A DNA stretch of 45,714 nt from a virus (Duplodnaviria > Heunggongvirae > Uroviricota > Caudoviricetes), in IMG/VR virus record IMGVR_UViG_2718218126_000004; one strand, written 5' to 3'. Shown one piece after another: positions 20,775 to 34,719 of the stretch. The position numbers were made by a program, and so were the translations under genes. Position 1 is the first letter of the stretch. Every line of letters starts with the position of its first letter. A model generated the notes under the pieces. That model saw nothing but the letters and a program-made list of their open reading frames with translations, ran no database searches and was not told the DNA's origin.

Positions 20775-21349
20775 CGCTTTATTACCATTCTCAGTTGATG
20801 CTGCAGCGCATAGCCCAGCTCTTTCGGAAGACGTTCACGCCGTATCCGTTCAATATTCTGTTTAAACGCCGTGGTCAGCGGCACCGCCATCGGGATTTTC
20901 ACCACATCAATGGGGTAACGGTTTTTCCCGGCCACACGCTGCATGACATGCCACCGGCCATTTTTCAGTTGCTGAATAAACGCGCCGGGAATACGACGGT
21001 TTCCCACCACAAGCACGCTGCCGCCACCTTTCAGGGATGAACGCTGCCCCTTTTTACGACGTCTGCGGCGGGAAAGGACAACCCGCGCGTTACCCAGCTT
21101 GATTACGGGCAAATCCCCCCGGTTAACCCTGATTCTGGCCTGCGGATTTTTGACCGTGGCCCTTTTCAGCCTGGCCCTTTCCTTTACCAGTTTCCGGCGT
21201 ACCTTTGTCTCACGGGCAACCTGTGACGCAGACTGCGATATCGCGGATGACGCAACGCGGTTAATGGCCATTGCGGCGGCACCAGGCACCGCCGTTTTGC
21301 TGATACGGCTGAGGTTTTCAACGGCCTGCTCAAGACCTTTTATGGCCAT
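20771..21349 (-). CDS. Z: Tail completion protein Z
   Basis: 192 aa, position and length as lambda gpZ; 4-nt overlap with U. Confidence 0.9.
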   Translation of the reverse strand: MAIKGLEQAVENLSRISKTAVPGAAAMAINRVASSAISQSASQVARETKVRRKLVKERARLKRATVKNPQARIRVNRGDLPVIKLGNARVVLSRRRRRKKGQRSSLKGGGSVLVVGNRRIPGAFIQQLKNGRWHVMQRVAGKNRYPIDVVKIPMAVPLTTAFKQNIERIRRERLPKELGYALQHQLRMVIKR

Positions 21350-21360
21350 ACATCCCCCTT

Positions 21361-21714
21361 TCAGCGGCGACGGTTAACGGCAGGCGGCACGCCACGCCCA
21401 AGCCAGAGATGACAGCTTCCGCCATCATCCGGCGAAATCCGGTCCACCCAGAAGTTTTCCTCGCCGATGGTCAGTGTGTCTCCACGCCGCAGCTGCCGCA
21501 CATCATCAGTCCGGACAAACAGGGACGGGCTGGAGCCTTCAACGCGCACCCCCTGTCCGGCATAGCTGATATTTTCAGGGTCATCAAAAACACCACGTAT
21601 CACAGCACCGGACAGCTCACCGGATGTCATGGTGGCTGACGTTCCCATGTACCCGCGTATCGTTTCATCGGCGCGGGCAATGGCAGCATCGAACAGGTTA
21701 TCGGAATCAGCCAC
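21361..21714 (-). CDS. FII: Head-tail joining protein FII (start codon appears to be GTG here)
   Basis: 117 aa, MADSDNLFDAAIARADETIRGYMGTSATMTSGE, as lambda gpFII. Confidence 0.9.
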   Translation of the reverse strand: MADSDNLFDAAIARADETIRGYMGTSATMTSGELSGAVIRGVFDDPENISYAGQGVRVEGSSPSLFVRTDDVRQLRRGDTLTIGEENFWVDRISPDDGGSCHLWLGRGVPPAVNRRR

Positions 21715-21725
21715 AGCGCCTCCCG

Positions 21726-22121
21726 TTATTGCATTCTGGCCAGGCCATGTTCTGTCATTTCGGCTGCCACACCGGCAGAGACACGAAACGCCGTTCCCGG
21801 CAGCACAAATGCCACAGGCTCATCCCGCGTGGCGTGAAGTGCATCAGTATGCAGCGTCACCAGTGCCACGACCGTGACCAGAGCAGCCGTATCAGTCACG
21901 GTATCCGGCTGCGCTGATACCACCTCATTTTCATGTCCGGTCAGCGCATTTTCCGGGCTGACAGATGTGTCCTGACCGGCAGCGTCATCCGTGTCATCAA
22001 GCTCCTCTTCCAGCTCTGCCACACGGAGCACCAGTTCTTCTTTCGTCCCCGTCAGGCTGACATCACGGTTCAGTTGCTCACCCAGCACCTGAAGACGGGC
22101 AATCAGTTCATCTTTCGTCAT
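21726..22121 (-). CDS. FI: DNA packaging / head completion protein FI
   Basis: From the internal ATG, 131 aa MTKDELIARLQVLGEQLNRDVSLTGTKEELVLRVAELEEELDD, matching lambda gpFI. Confidence 0.85.
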   Translation of the reverse strand: MTKDELIARLQVLGEQLNRDVSLTGTKEELVLRVAELEEELDDTDDAAGQDTSVSPENALTGHENEVVSAQPDTVTDTAALVTVVALVTLHTDALHATRDEPVAFVLPGTAFRVSAGVAAEMTEHGLARMQ

Positions 22122-22162
22122 GGACTCCTCCACAGAGAGAAAATGGCCCCGAAGGGCCATGA

Positions 22163-23188
22163 TTACGCCAGTTGTACGGACACGAACGCATCAGGATCAG
22201 CCAGCAGCATCAGCGGTGCTGACTGAATCATGGTGAACTCACGCGCCGGATCGCCGGTGGTCACCCAGTTTTTCGGGTAGCGGGCAGAGGCGTTAATACC
22301 TTCGCGCTGTGCGTCCGCATCCTGAATGCAGCCATAGGTGCGCAGACCGCGTGCCTGAGTGTTCCCCAGCACCATCGTGTTGTCCGGCAGGAAGTTCTTT
22401 TTGACGTCGTTTTCCACGTACTGTCCGGAATACACGACGATCGCCGTATCGCCATACATCCCCTTATAGGACACCGCTTCGCCCAGGTCTTTTACCGCTG
22501 TCTCCAGCTCGGAATGAGAGCCGCGACGGGTATCCAGCTTCTCCTTGACGGCTTTGAAGGAACGGAACAGCGCCCAGCCTTTCGGATCAAACACGATGAT
22601 ATTCACCACGCCGCTGGCGTTCAGCGCATAGGCTTCGATATCGTCGGTCGGGTCATACGTGGACTTGTCACGCTTGCTCCACTCCGTACCACCGGACTGT
22701 GTGATGTTGTTCGCCGCACTGCGGCCCATATCCACCTCAACCGGATCGAAGGCTTCACCGGTCATGGTGTATTTGCCCTTAAGCACAGCAGAAACTGCCT
22801 GCATCTCTTCGACCTGAGCAATGGCCAGCTCTTCGTCTCGCATGTTCTGCATGATGATGCGACGGCGGCGGTAAGCCGGGTCCGCCAGATTCTGCGGATC
22901 TTCATCCGGCAGGCGACGCAGGGTCATCTGCGGATTCACCTCATGCTTGGGTTTGACATATCCCGGCGTAAATTCAGAGGTGGAGCCGCCACGGGAACGG
23001 ATAACCTCACCGGAAACAATCGGCGAAACGTACAGCGCCATGTTTACCAGTCCCGGAATTTGTGAGAGATAGACTTTCTCCGTGGTGAAGGGATAGCTCT
23101 CACGGAAAAAGAGACGCAGAAACAGCGGATCAAACTTAAATTTCTGCTCATTTGCCGCCAGCAGCTGGGCGGTTGTGTACATCGACAT
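22163..23188 (-). CDS. E: Major capsid protein E
   Basis: From the internal ATG, 341 aa MSMYTTAQLLAANEQKFKFDPLFLRLFFRESYPFTTEKVYLSQIPGLVNMALYVSP, matching lambda gpE. Confidence 0.95.
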   Translation of the reverse strand: MSMYTTAQLLAANEQKFKFDPLFLRLFFRESYPFTTEKVYLSQIPGLVNMALYVSPIVSGEVIRSRGGSTSEFTPGYVKPKHEVNPQMTLRRLPDEDPQNLADPAYRRRRIIMQNMRDEELAIAQVEEMQAVSAVLKGKYTMTGEAFDPVEVDMGRSAANNITQSGGTEWSKRDKSTYDPTDDIEAYALNASGVVNIIVFDPKGWALFRSFKAVKEKLDTRRGSHSELETAVKDLGEAVSYKGMYGDTAIVVYSGQYVENDVKKNFLPDNTMVLGNTQARGLRTYGCIQDADAQREGINASARYPKNWVTTGDPAREFTMIQSAPLMLLADPDAFVSVQLA

Positions 23189-23243
23189 AAAAAAATCCCG
23201 TAAAAAAAGCCGCACAGGCGGCCTTTAGTGATGAAGGGTAAGG

Positions 23244-23576
23244 TTAAACGATGCTGATTGCCGTTCCGGCAAACGCGGTCCGTTTTTTCGTCTCGTCGCT
23301 GGCAGCCTCCGGCCAGAGCACATCCTCATAACGGAACGTGCCGGACTTGTAGAACGTCAGCGTGGTGCTGGTCTGGTCAGCATCAACCGCCAGAATGCCA
23401 ACGGCAGTACCGTCGGTGGTGCCATCCCACGCAACCAGCTTACGGGTGGAGGTGTCCAGCATCAGCGGGGTCATTGCAGGCGCTTTCGCACTCAATCCGC
23501 CGGGCGCGGTTGCCGTATGTGCCGGGTCACTGTTGCCCAGCGGCTGGTAATGGGTAAAGGTTTCTTTGCTCGTCAT
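23244..23576 (-). CDS. D: Head decoration protein D
   Basis: 110 aa from [41 protein letters not shown], as lambda gpD. Confidence 0.9.
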   Translation of the reverse strand: MTSKETFTHYQPLGNSDPAHTATAPGGLSAKAPAMTPLMLDTSTRKLVAWDGTTDGTAVGILAVDADQTSTTLTFYKSGTFRYEDVLWPEAASDETKKRTAFAGTAISIV

Positions 23577-23585
23577 AAACATCCC

Positions 23586-24191
23586 TTACACTGGTGTGTT
23601 CAGCAAATCGTTAACGGCATCAGATGCCGGGTTACCTGCAGCCAGTGGTGCCGGTGCCCCCTGCATCAGACGATCCAGCGCAGTGTCACTGCGCGCCTGT
23701 GCACTCTGTGGTGCAGCTGCCAGAATGCGGCGGGCCGTTTCCACGGTCATACCGGGGGTTTCGGCCAGCACACGTGCCTGTTCTTCGCGTCCGTGAGCTT
23801 CCTCACAGTTGAGGATCCCCATAATGCGGCTGTTTTCTGCCGCAACCGCAGCGGTGATCTGCGCGTTCACGTCCGGCTGCGCCGCGCTGGCGTTTTCGCC
23901 CTCCGTCGCTTGCACCACGTCAGTAACGTCAGCCTGCGAAGCAGTGGCTGAAACAGTTGTTGATTGAGTCTCTTTGGTCATTCGCCCTCCTGAGAGACGG
24001 GATTTACGTGCATCCAGTGCATCACGCATAACGGTGATCGCATCGGTGCTGTTGACAAGTTCATCAGCCAGTCCGGCATCAATGGCCTCCTGACCGCTGT
24101 ACACTGCAGCCTCGGTATCCAGCACAGCCTGCACGGACAGGCCGGTATATGCCGACACCTTCTGCGCAAACATCCGGCGGGTTGCATCCAT
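23586..24191 (-). CDS. Nu3: Scaffolding protein Nu3, in-frame internal start within C
   Basis: By analogy with lambda, where Nu3 shares frame and stop with C; an ATG (MDATRRMFAQKV...) lies at C residue 239, 606 nt before the shared stop. Confidence 0.6.
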   Translation of the reverse strand: MDATRRMFAQKVSAYTGLSVQAVLDTEAAVYSGQEAIDAGLADELVNSTDAITVMRDALDARKSRLSGGRMTKETQSTTVSATASQADVTDVVQATEGENASAAQPDVNAQITAAVAAENSRIMGILNCEEAHGREEQARVLAETPGMTVETARRILAAAPQSAQARSDTALDRLMQGAPAPLAAGNPASDAVNDLLNTPV

Positions 24192-24885
24192 CCGGGACTG
24201 CAGTGTCTCCCGGACATCACCCGGTAGATGGCTGTAGGGGTTGCCATCCACCTTATGGCTGCCGCTGTAAATCAGCGTGATTTCCACGCCCTGTTTCTCC
24301 AGCGCAGCGCCGTAATTACTGTGAGCCATCATGACGCCGATGGAGCCTGTCCGGGCGGTCTGCGTGACCAGACGCCGGGAGGCGGCGCTGGCAAGCAGCT
24401 GACCTGCACTGCAGTTCATGTCGTTGGCCAGCGCCCATACCGGCTTTATGTCACGCACACGGGCGATGATGTCAGCACAGTCAAATGCTCCCGCCACCAT
24501 CCCGCCCGGTGTGTCCATATCGAGCAGAATGCCGTCCACCATCGGATCGCTGGCAGCCTGTTGCAGACGGGCGATAATGCCGTTGTAACCGGTCATTCCC
24601 GAATACGGCTGCAGCGCCCGCGTCCGGCTGACCAGCGTACCGGACACCGGCAGCACGGCGATGCCGTTCATGACCTGATAACTGCGGGCCTGTCGTGGTC
24701 CGTCATCATCACCGGATAACGCCAGCGCCGCGGGTGCCTCTCCGGCAGTCAGGCTGTCGCCGGATACTGCATCCGTCAGGCGACTGATCCCAAGCTGGCC
24801 TGCAAGCGCACAAAAGAAAACCCGCGCATAGGCGGGTTCAAGCATCAGCGGCTCATTAAAAGCCATGCTGGCAATATGCGGGAGA

Positions 24886-24905
<20 letters not shown>
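23586..24905 (-). CDS. C: Head maturation protease / minor capsid protein C (S49 ClpP-like), probable GTG start
   Basis: 439 codons from VTAELRNLPHIASMAFNEPLMLEPAYARVFFCALAG, matching the recalled lambda gpC N-terminus; overlaps the portal gene end as in lambda. Confidence 0.85.
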
Positions 24906-28586
<3,681 letters not shown>

Positions 28587-28612
<26 letters not shown>

Positions 28613-29132
28613 TCAGCAACCCCGGTATCAGTTCATCCAGCGCGGCTGCTTTGTTCATGGCTTTGATGATATCCCGTTTCAGGAAATCAACATGTCGGTT
28701 TTCCAGTTCCGGAAAACGCCGCTGCACCGACAGGGGGAGCCCGTCGAGAATACTGGCAATTTCACCTGCGATCCGCGACAACACGAAAGTACAGAATGCG
28801 GTTTCCACCACTTCAGCGGAGTCTCTGGCATTCTTCAGTTCCTGTGCGTCGGCCTGCGCACGCGTAAGTCGATGGCGTTCGTACTCAATAGTTCCTGGCT
28901 GGAGATCTGCCTCGCTGGCCTGCCGCAGTTCTTCAACCTCCCGGCGCAGCTTTTCGTTCTCAATTTCAGCATCCCTTTCGGCATACCATTTTATGACGGC
29001 GGCAGAGTCATAAAGCACCTCATTACCCTTGCCACCGCCTCGCAGAACGGGCATTCCCTGTTCCTGCCAGTTCTGAATGGTACGGATACTCGCACCGAAA
29101 ATGTCAGCCAGCTGCTTTTTGTTGACTTCCAT
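28587..29132 (-). CDS. Nu1: Terminase small subunit Nu1
   Basis: 181 aa, MEVNKKQLADIFGASIRTIQNWQEQGMPVLRGGGKGNEVLYDSAAVIKWYAERDAEIENEKLRREVEELR, matching lambda Nu1; immediately downstream of cos. Confidence 0.95.
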
Positions 29133-29309
29133 TGCTCATTCCACGGCCAAAAACAGAGAAAGGAAACGACAAAGGCCCAAAAGTTCGTTTTCAGCACCTG
29201 TCGTTTCCTTTCTTTTCAGGGGGTATTTTAAATAAAAACATTAAGTTACGACGAAGAAGAACGGAAACGCCTTAAACCGGAAAATTTTCATAAATAGCGA
29301 AAACCCGCG

Positions 29310-29321
29310 AGGTCGCCGCCC
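29310..29321. other. Lambda-type cohesive end site cosN (12-nt overhang GGGCGGCGACCT, shown as its reverse complement), with the cosB-like region 29133-29309 between it and Nu1
   Basis: Plus strand aggtcgccgccc at 29310-29321; the reverse complement of 29133-29352 reads like the recalled lambda left end (GGGCGGCGACCTCGCGGGTTTTCGCTATTTATGAAAATTTTCCGG...) joined to the lambda right end (...CGGATCGCCGGAAAGGACCCG). Confidence 0.85.
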
Positions 29322-29520
29322 CGTAACCTGTCGGATCGCCGGAAAGGACCCGCAAAATGATAATAATTATCATCTGCATGTCACAACGTGCATCTACGCC
29401 ATCAAACCACGTCAAATAATCAATTATGACGCAGGTATCATATTAATTGATCTGCATCAACTTAACGTAAAAACAACTTCAGACAATACAAATCAGCGAC
29501 ACTGAATACGGGACAACCTC

Positions 29521-29754
29521 ATGTCAACGAAGAACAGAACCCGCAGAACAACAATCCGCAACATCCGCTTTCCTAACCAAATGATTGAACAAATTAACAT
29601 CGCTCTTGATCAAAAAGGGTCCGGGAATTTCTCAGCCTGGGTCATTGAAGCCTGCCGCCGGAGACTGTGCTCAGAAAAAAGAGTTTCTCCTGAAGCAAAC
29701 AAAGAAAAGAGTGACATTACTGAATTGCTCAGAAAACAGATCAGACCAGATTGA
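29521..29754 (+). CDS. Small ribbon-helix-helix-like protein (possibly YlcI/YnfO-like)
   Basis: 77-aa ORF; basic N-terminus then TTIRNIRFPNQMIEQINIALDQKG...SAWVIEACRRRL, consistent with a beta-strand/helix/helix Arc-MetJ-CopG fold; opposite strand to the late operon, AT-rich. Confidence 0.5.
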   Translation: MSTKNRTRRTTIRNIRFPNQMIEQINIALDQKGSGNFSAWVIEACRRRLCSEKRVSPEANKEKSDITELLRKQIRPD

Positions 29755-29810
29755 AGCAATTTAGATAATCGTGCAGACTACGCCCCTCATATCACATGGA
29801 AGGTACTACA

Positions 29811-30221
29811 ATGGCTCAGGTTGCCATTTTTAAACAAATATTCGATAAAGTGCGAAATAATTTAAACTATCACTGGTTTTATTCTGAACTAAAACGTCAC
29901 AATGTCTCACATTACATTTACTATTTAGCTACAGAGAATATTCATCTTGTTCTTGAAAACGATAATACGGTTTTAATAAAAGGACAGGGTAAGGTTGTAA
30001 ATGTAAGATTTTCAAAAAATAAATGCCTTATAGAAGCCACCTTAAAAGGATTCAAATCAGGAGAGTTATCATTTTACGAATACAGGAAAAATCTTGCTAC
30101 AGCAGGGGTTTTCAGATGGATTACAAATATCCACGAAAACAAAAGGTATTACTATACCTTTGATAATTCATTACTCTTTACTGAGAACATTCAGAACACT
30201 ACACAAATATTTCCGCACTAA
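29811..30221 (+). CDS. Hypothetical AT-rich moron protein (possibly DUF1398/YbcV-like)
   Basis: 136-aa product from the ATG with a GGAAGG RBS; Tyr/Asn-rich, low GC; 40 bp downstream of the RHH gene on the same strand. Confidence 0.5.
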   Translation: MAQVAIFKQIFDKVRNNLNYHWFYSELKRHNVSHYIYYLATENIHLVLENDNTVLIKGQGKVVNVRFSKNKCLIEATLKGFKSGELSFYEYRKNLATAGVFRWITNIHENKRYYYTFDNSLLFTENIQNTTQIFPH

Positions 30222-30570
30222 ATCATAACGTCCGGTTTCTTCCGTGCCAGAACCGGACTCGCTGGCATGATGAAATATGTGTACCCGGTAACCCCGGTGT
30301 GCATCGTTTTTGATTATTCCCGCACACTCGCGCAGAAGGAGTTCCCCGTCGGGCTACGGTCTCTGTTAATACGGGAATACGGCGACGATACAGCGCATGA
30401 TGTGTCAGGCTTGAATGCCTTTATCCGTTAAAAGGGATATCAGTTAAGTTATCCCGTGCAGGGTATAAGCCATTATCAAGCCCACCCGTAGATGGGCTTT
30501 GTAATGGATAGCCGTTGCTCAGTTCTAGTAATGCTTTGATTTTTTCGATAACGCAGTTTTGCGTTTGCCA

Positions 30571-31092
30571 TCAGCACGCGATATCGAGAGTCAACTGCAG
30601 TTGCTCGCGCCAGTACTCAACATTTGCTTCAATAACCGGCTTATCCCATCGCCAGCGAGCCATCTCTCTTGCCCCATTGCTGGCTTTTGATTTCCGGTCA
30701 TCGCGAATGCGACATGCTTGCTCATATTTCTGCTGCTCAGTCAGTTCACCGCGAAGCAGACTATCAATGTGCAGGTCGCACCACACAGCAAAACGAGCAT
30801 CACACCAACGGGCAAATGCAACTGAAAGTTTTGGATGTAGCCACGTACCACCACCCCTGTCCTTTCGTGCCTTGCTGGTTTTTACATACCTCGATTGTGA
30901 GGGATGTAAAATTTGAGATTCTTTCCCGGTCAACGCTTCGTCTAAAGCACGAACGTATTCAAGCGTTTCTGCCAAACGCATCCAGTTATCAATGCGTTTC
31001 CCAAATCTCTCAGCAACACCTGTGACGTTGATCCAACCATCAGTGTTGAAACTGACAATTTCACCTTTGTAATTAAGTGGCACGATATTCAT
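30571..31092 (-). CDS. KilA-N domain protein
   Basis: 173 aa; N-terminal region ...GWINVTGVAERFGKRIDNWMRL...GTWLHPKLSVAFARWCDARFAVWCDLHID resembles the KilA-N DNA-binding domain; lies between the lysis genes and cos. Confidence 0.7.
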   Translation of the reverse strand: MNIVPLNYKGEIVSFNTDGWINVTGVAERFGKRIDNWMRLAETLEYVRALDEALTGKESQILHPSQSRYVKTSKARKDRGGGTWLHPKLSVAFARWCDARFAVWCDLHIDSLLRGELTEQQKYEQACRIRDDRKSKASNGAREMARWRWDKPVIEANVEYWREQLQLTLDIAC

Positions 31093-31296
31093 AACGTTTA
31101 CCTACCATTTGAAATGAACCTTTGCCGCACAGGAAACCAGCCCACCGAGGCTCGCCAGCACTAACTGGTATCCTCAAAGGCCCATTCCAAAGGGGCAGGT
31201 TCGGTGTAAAAAAAACATGCGTTGCGGTACGCATTTATTGCAAAAAAGCCCCGCATCGCGAGGCTCATTAAATGGACTTTGTGATTTGCAAAAAAA

Positions 31297-31734
31297 TTAT
31301 TTCAGACATTGCGTCCTGATGTACTCCTGCAGGTAGTTAACCTGCGCGGTTATCCTGTCGATTCCACTTCGGAGACGGTAATAATTGAGTTCAGCATCTG
31401 CTGTAAGTCTTGGGCTTTCTCCATCGCCCATGCTGCTGGCTCCGGTCTTTGACTTTGCACAGGAGGCGGCGACTTGCAGCCGCTTACGCCCAGCAGAAAC
31501 ATCATCACGGAGACTTTCGATAGTCGCGTTAGCATCAGCAAGCTCCTTTGTATATCTGGCATCGAGTTCTGCTACGTCACGTTGACGCTTCTGCATGTCA
31601 GCGATGATGGATGTGGCTTTGTCGCGCTGTTCTTTGTAGGTCATGGCGTTATCACGGTAATGATTAACAGCCCATGACAGGCAGACGATGATGCAGATAA
31701 CCAGAGCGGAGATAATCGCGGTTACTCTGTTCAT
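31297..31734 (-). CDS. rzpD: Inner-membrane spanin Rz (i-spanin)
   Basis: N-terminal transmembrane helix ([20 protein letters not shown]) then coiled-coil periplasmic domain; ATG overlaps the endolysin stop (ATGA); Rz1 is embedded in the +1 frame. Confidence 0.85.
   Translation of the reverse strand: MNRVTAIISALVICIIVCLSWAVNHYRDNAMTYKEQRDKATSIIADMQKRQRDVAELDARYTKELADANATIESLRDDVSAGRKRLQVAASCAKSKTGASSMGDGESPRLTADAELNYYRLRSGIDRITAQVNYLQEYIRTQCLK
31350..31535 (-). CDS. rzoD: Outer-membrane lipoprotein spanin Rz1 (o-spanin), embedded within Rz
   Basis: About 61-aa ORF within Rz in another frame; signal peptide with lipobox-like LLGVSGC then proline-rich [13 protein letters not shown]. Confidence 0.7.
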   Translation of the reverse strand: MLTRLSKVSVMMFLLGVSGCKSPPPVQSQRPEPAAWAMEKAQDLQQMLNSIITVSEVESTG

Positions 31735-32228
31735 TGCTGACCCCACAAACAGATTTCACGCTCAATCTCACGACGAGTCATGAGACCTTTCCATTGCTTA
31801 CCGCCAGCATATGTCCAGCGACGTAGCTGATCACATGCGCCTTTGATATCGCCCTGGTTTATTTTGCGAAGAAGCGTCGATGTTCTGAAATTGCCAGCAC
31901 CCACGTTGTAAACGAATGAGTAAAGAGCGCCGCGCATTGTTTCCGGTATATCGACTTTGATGTACGGGTTAATTTGTCTGGCGACCGTGGCAAGGTCTTT
32001 ATTCAGGAGGGCTTTGCATTCTGCTTTGGTATACGTTTTACCGAGCATGATGTCTTTTCCTGTATGCCCGTGACATACAGTCCATACACCAACAATATCT
32101 TTGTATGGTATGTAGCTGACACCTTCCAGACCATCGTTACCACTTGGGCCAGTAATTAACACTGATGCTATAGCAATTGCTCCGCCACCAATAGCAGCAG
32201 CAACGGCTTTTCGTAATGATGGAGGCAT
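31731..32228 (-). CDS. rrrD: Endolysin (lysozyme family, probable SAR-endolysin)
   Basis: 165 aa, [57 protein letters not shown], matching recalled DLP12 RrrD; hydrophobic Gly/Ala-rich N-terminal SAR-like segment. Confidence 0.9.
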   Translation of the reverse strand: MPPSLRKAVAAAIGGGAIAIASVLITGPSGNDGLEGVSYIPYKDIVGVWTVCHGHTGKDIMLGKTYTKAECKALLNKDLATVARQINPYIKVDIPETMRGALYSFVYNVGAGNFRTSTLLRKINQGDIKGACDQLRRWTYAGGKQWKGLMTRREIEREICLWGQQ

Positions 32229-32443
32229 TATTCACCTCTCGCAGCCTTGCGCTTATCTTCTTTAATCTTGAAATAAAGGTTTGTCAGGTACGTCAGCAGG
32301 CCAAATACCAGGCTACCCAGCACACCTATTGCTGCCCACTGTGAGGGCGTGACTTTATCGAGCAGCTGTAAAAACCAGTAACCGGCACTACCTGCTGAGG
32401 TGCCATAGGCGACACCCGTTGTTAACTTATCCATGGATTTCAT
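32228..32443 (-). CDS. essD: Holin (class II / S21-like)
   Basis: 71-aa product [71 protein letters not shown] from the ATG with a GAGGTGGGG RBS, matching recalled DLP12 EssD; stop overlaps the endolysin start. Confidence 0.85.
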
Positions 32444-33031
32444 AACCCCACCTCGCAGACAAAGCGGGTGTAAATTGAGGGAATACAACGTATCGCAAAA
32501 AAGCAGAAACGTAACAGACTCGGAGTCAGTGAATAACTCAGGTATTGAGTTATCAGCTAATATCGAGACTCAAAAAATGGAAAAACCAGCTCGACGGCGG
32601 GTTTAAGCTGTGTGACGAAGTAACCACTCTTAACAGCATAACCAATTTTTTACGTACGTAAACCACTGAATGATATTTATGAGAATGCTACCGAGTGTTC
32701 AAAACACCACCACAAATACATAAGAAAACCTCAACAAATAACCAATAAATAATTTCAGAGGTTATTTTTAGTTGATTTAAATTAAACTGCCGAATTATAG
32801 AACCCCCATAAATAACAGCCATTAATATAAATTAGCTAATAGGTTTATTTTTGTTCAAATAAGAGCCATAAATAGGTTTCGATAGAAAAAGTTCAGATAA
32901 AAATAGAGATCTACTTCACAAATTAAATGAGAAACTAAAACTTACATCTTGAAATAATCACATTGATTAGATGAATATTTATCGCGCAGTGACATCATTT
33001 TTTAATAATAGTTCAAAAAAAAGGGCTCACG

Positions 33032-34129
33032 ATGAAAAAATTAACAGTGGCAATTTCTGCTGTAGCTGCATCAGTACTGATGGCGATGTCTGCTCAGGCA
33101 GCTGAAATTTATAATAAAGACAGTAACAAGCTGGATCTGTACGGGAAAGTTAATGCTAAGCACTACTTCTCCTCTAATGATGCAGATGATGGTGATACTA
33201 CTTATGCCCGTCTTGGCTTCAAAGGTGAAACCCAAATCAACGATCAACTGACTGGTTTCGGTCAGTGGGAATATGAATTCAAAGGCAACCGCGCTGAATC
33301 TCAAGGTTCCTCCAAAGACAAAACCCGTCTTGCATTTGCAGGCCTGAAATTCGGTGACTACGGCTCAATCGATTACGGCCGTAACTACGGTGTAGCATAC
33401 GACATCGGTGCGTGGACTGACGTTCTGCCAGAATTCGGTGGCGATACCTGGACCCAAACAGATGTGTTCATGACTGGTCGCACCACTGGTGTTGCAACCT
33501 ATCGTAACAACGACTTCTTTGGTCTGGTTGATGGTCTGAACTTTGCTGCTCAGTACCAAGGCAAAAACGATCGTAGCGATTTCGATAACTACACCGAAGG
33601 TAACGGTGATGGCTTCGGTTTCTCTGCTACCTATGAATACGAAGGATTCGGTATCGGTGCAACTTATGCGAAATCTGATCGTACCGACACTCAAGTTAAT
33701 GCAGGGAAAGTTCTTCCTGAAGTATTTGCTTCCGGTAAAAATGCAGAAGTTTGGGCCGCAGGTCTGAAATATGACGCTAACAACATTTACCTGGCCACTA
33801 CCTATTCTGAAACCCAGAATATGACTGTATTTGCTGATCACTTCGTTGCTAATAAAGCTCAAAACTTCGAAGCTGTTGCACAATATCAGTTCGATTTCGG
33901 TCTGCGTCCGTCCGTTGCTTACCTGCAATCTAAAGGTAAGGATCTTGGAGTATGGGGCGATCAGGACTTAGTCAAATATGTTGATGTAGGTGCAACCTAT
34001 TACTTCAACAAAAATATGTCTACTTTCGTTGATTACAAAATCAACCTGCTTGACAAAAATGACTTCACTAAAGCACTCGGTGTAAGCACTGATGACATCG
34101 TTGCTGTAGGTCTGGTTTACCAGTTCTAA
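33032..34129 (+). CDS. nmpC: Outer membrane porin NmpC (OmpC/OmpF-type general porin), intact
   Basis: 365 aa with signal peptide [23 protein letters not shown], porin motifs and C-terminal VAVGLVYQF; opposite strand between Q and the lysis genes as in DLP12; uninterrupted here. Confidence 0.95.
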   Translation: MKKLTVAISAVAASVLMAMSAQAAEIYNKDSNKLDLYGKVNAKHYFSSNDADDGDTTYARLGFKGETQINDQLTGFGQWEYEFKGNRAESQGSSKDKTRLAFAGLKFGDYGSIDYGRNYGVAYDIGAWTDVLPEFGGDTWTQTDVFMTGRTTGVATYRNNDFFGLVDGLNFAAQYQGKNDRSDFDNYTEGNGDGFGFSATYEYEGFGIGATYAKSDRTDTQVNAGKVLPEVFASGKNAEVWAAGLKYDANNIYLATTYSETQNMTVFADHFVANKAQNFEAVAQYQFDFGLRPSVAYLQSKGKDLGVWGDQDLVKYVDVGATYYFNKNMSTFVDYKINLLDKNDFTKALGVSTDDIVAVGLVYQF

Positions 34130-34132
34130 TCT

Positions 34133-34292
34133 GATTACGAAAAAGATATGTTGCGGGAGGCGTTGCCTCCCCAACATATAAGTGGCTCCCTCAAGCCACT
34201 TCCTTTAGGAGCACAACCTTGCTTCTAACTATATAAACCTTCTGTTATATATTACCCTTTATTTTTGGGGGCGTTGCAACGCCCCATTTTTA
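34133..34292 (+). ncRNA. Candidate IpeX-like small RNA / structured 3' UTR downstream of nmpC
   Basis: Three consecutive hairpins after the nmpC stop: a ~16-bp stem (atatgttgcgggaggc / gcctccccaacatat), a second (aagtggc...gccactt), and a terminator hairpin with T-run; IpeX is described downstream of nmpC in DLP12, but exact boundaries are not recalled. Confidence 0.3.
34267..34292 (+). terminator. Rho-independent terminator downstream of nmpC
   Basis: GC hairpin ggggcgttgcaacgcccc (34267-34285) followed by atttttaat. Confidence 0.6.
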
Positions 34293-34318
34293 ATAACTTT
34301 CAGTAAACAATTGGCATA

Positions 34319-34702
34319 TTAATTAGAGTTATTAACAACGATATCCATCTCTAACCGGATATCTAATGCCATTAACATCCCTTCAATTATGCCCTCAGCC
34401 TTCTGTAACCTTTTCCCGATATAACCATCAGAGCAGCAATGCTTACCTGCCAGTGACATGAATGTCATACCGACTACATAATAATCTACTAATAAATCGT
34501 GCAAATCGCTGTTGTTCTTTTTCAGACGGGCCATGCACCCGCAAATGATCATCGCGTCATCGTCACAACATTGCGGGCGAGATTTTACTTTTGAAGGAAT
34601 TAATCCCTTAAAACCGGCGGCAATGGACGACCAGGTCACATCTTCATGATTATTAGCCGCCCACGCTCCCCAACGTTCAAGAACCATCTGAATATCACGC
34701 AT
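34319..34702 (-). CDS. quuD: Late gene antiterminator Q (QuuD-like)
   Basis: 127-aa product [60 protein letters not shown], matching recalled DLP12 QuuD; Cys-rich zinc-binding region; track start at 34717 is a TTG. Confidence 0.9.
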   Translation of the reverse strand: MRDIQMVLERWGAWAANNHEDVTWSSIAAGFKGLIPSKVKSRPQCCDDDAMIICGCMARLKKNNSDLHDLLVDYYVVGMTFMSLAGKHCCSDGYIGKRLQKAEGIIEGMLMALDIRLEMDIVVNNSN

Positions 34703-34719
34703 TAACTTTCTCCACAAAA

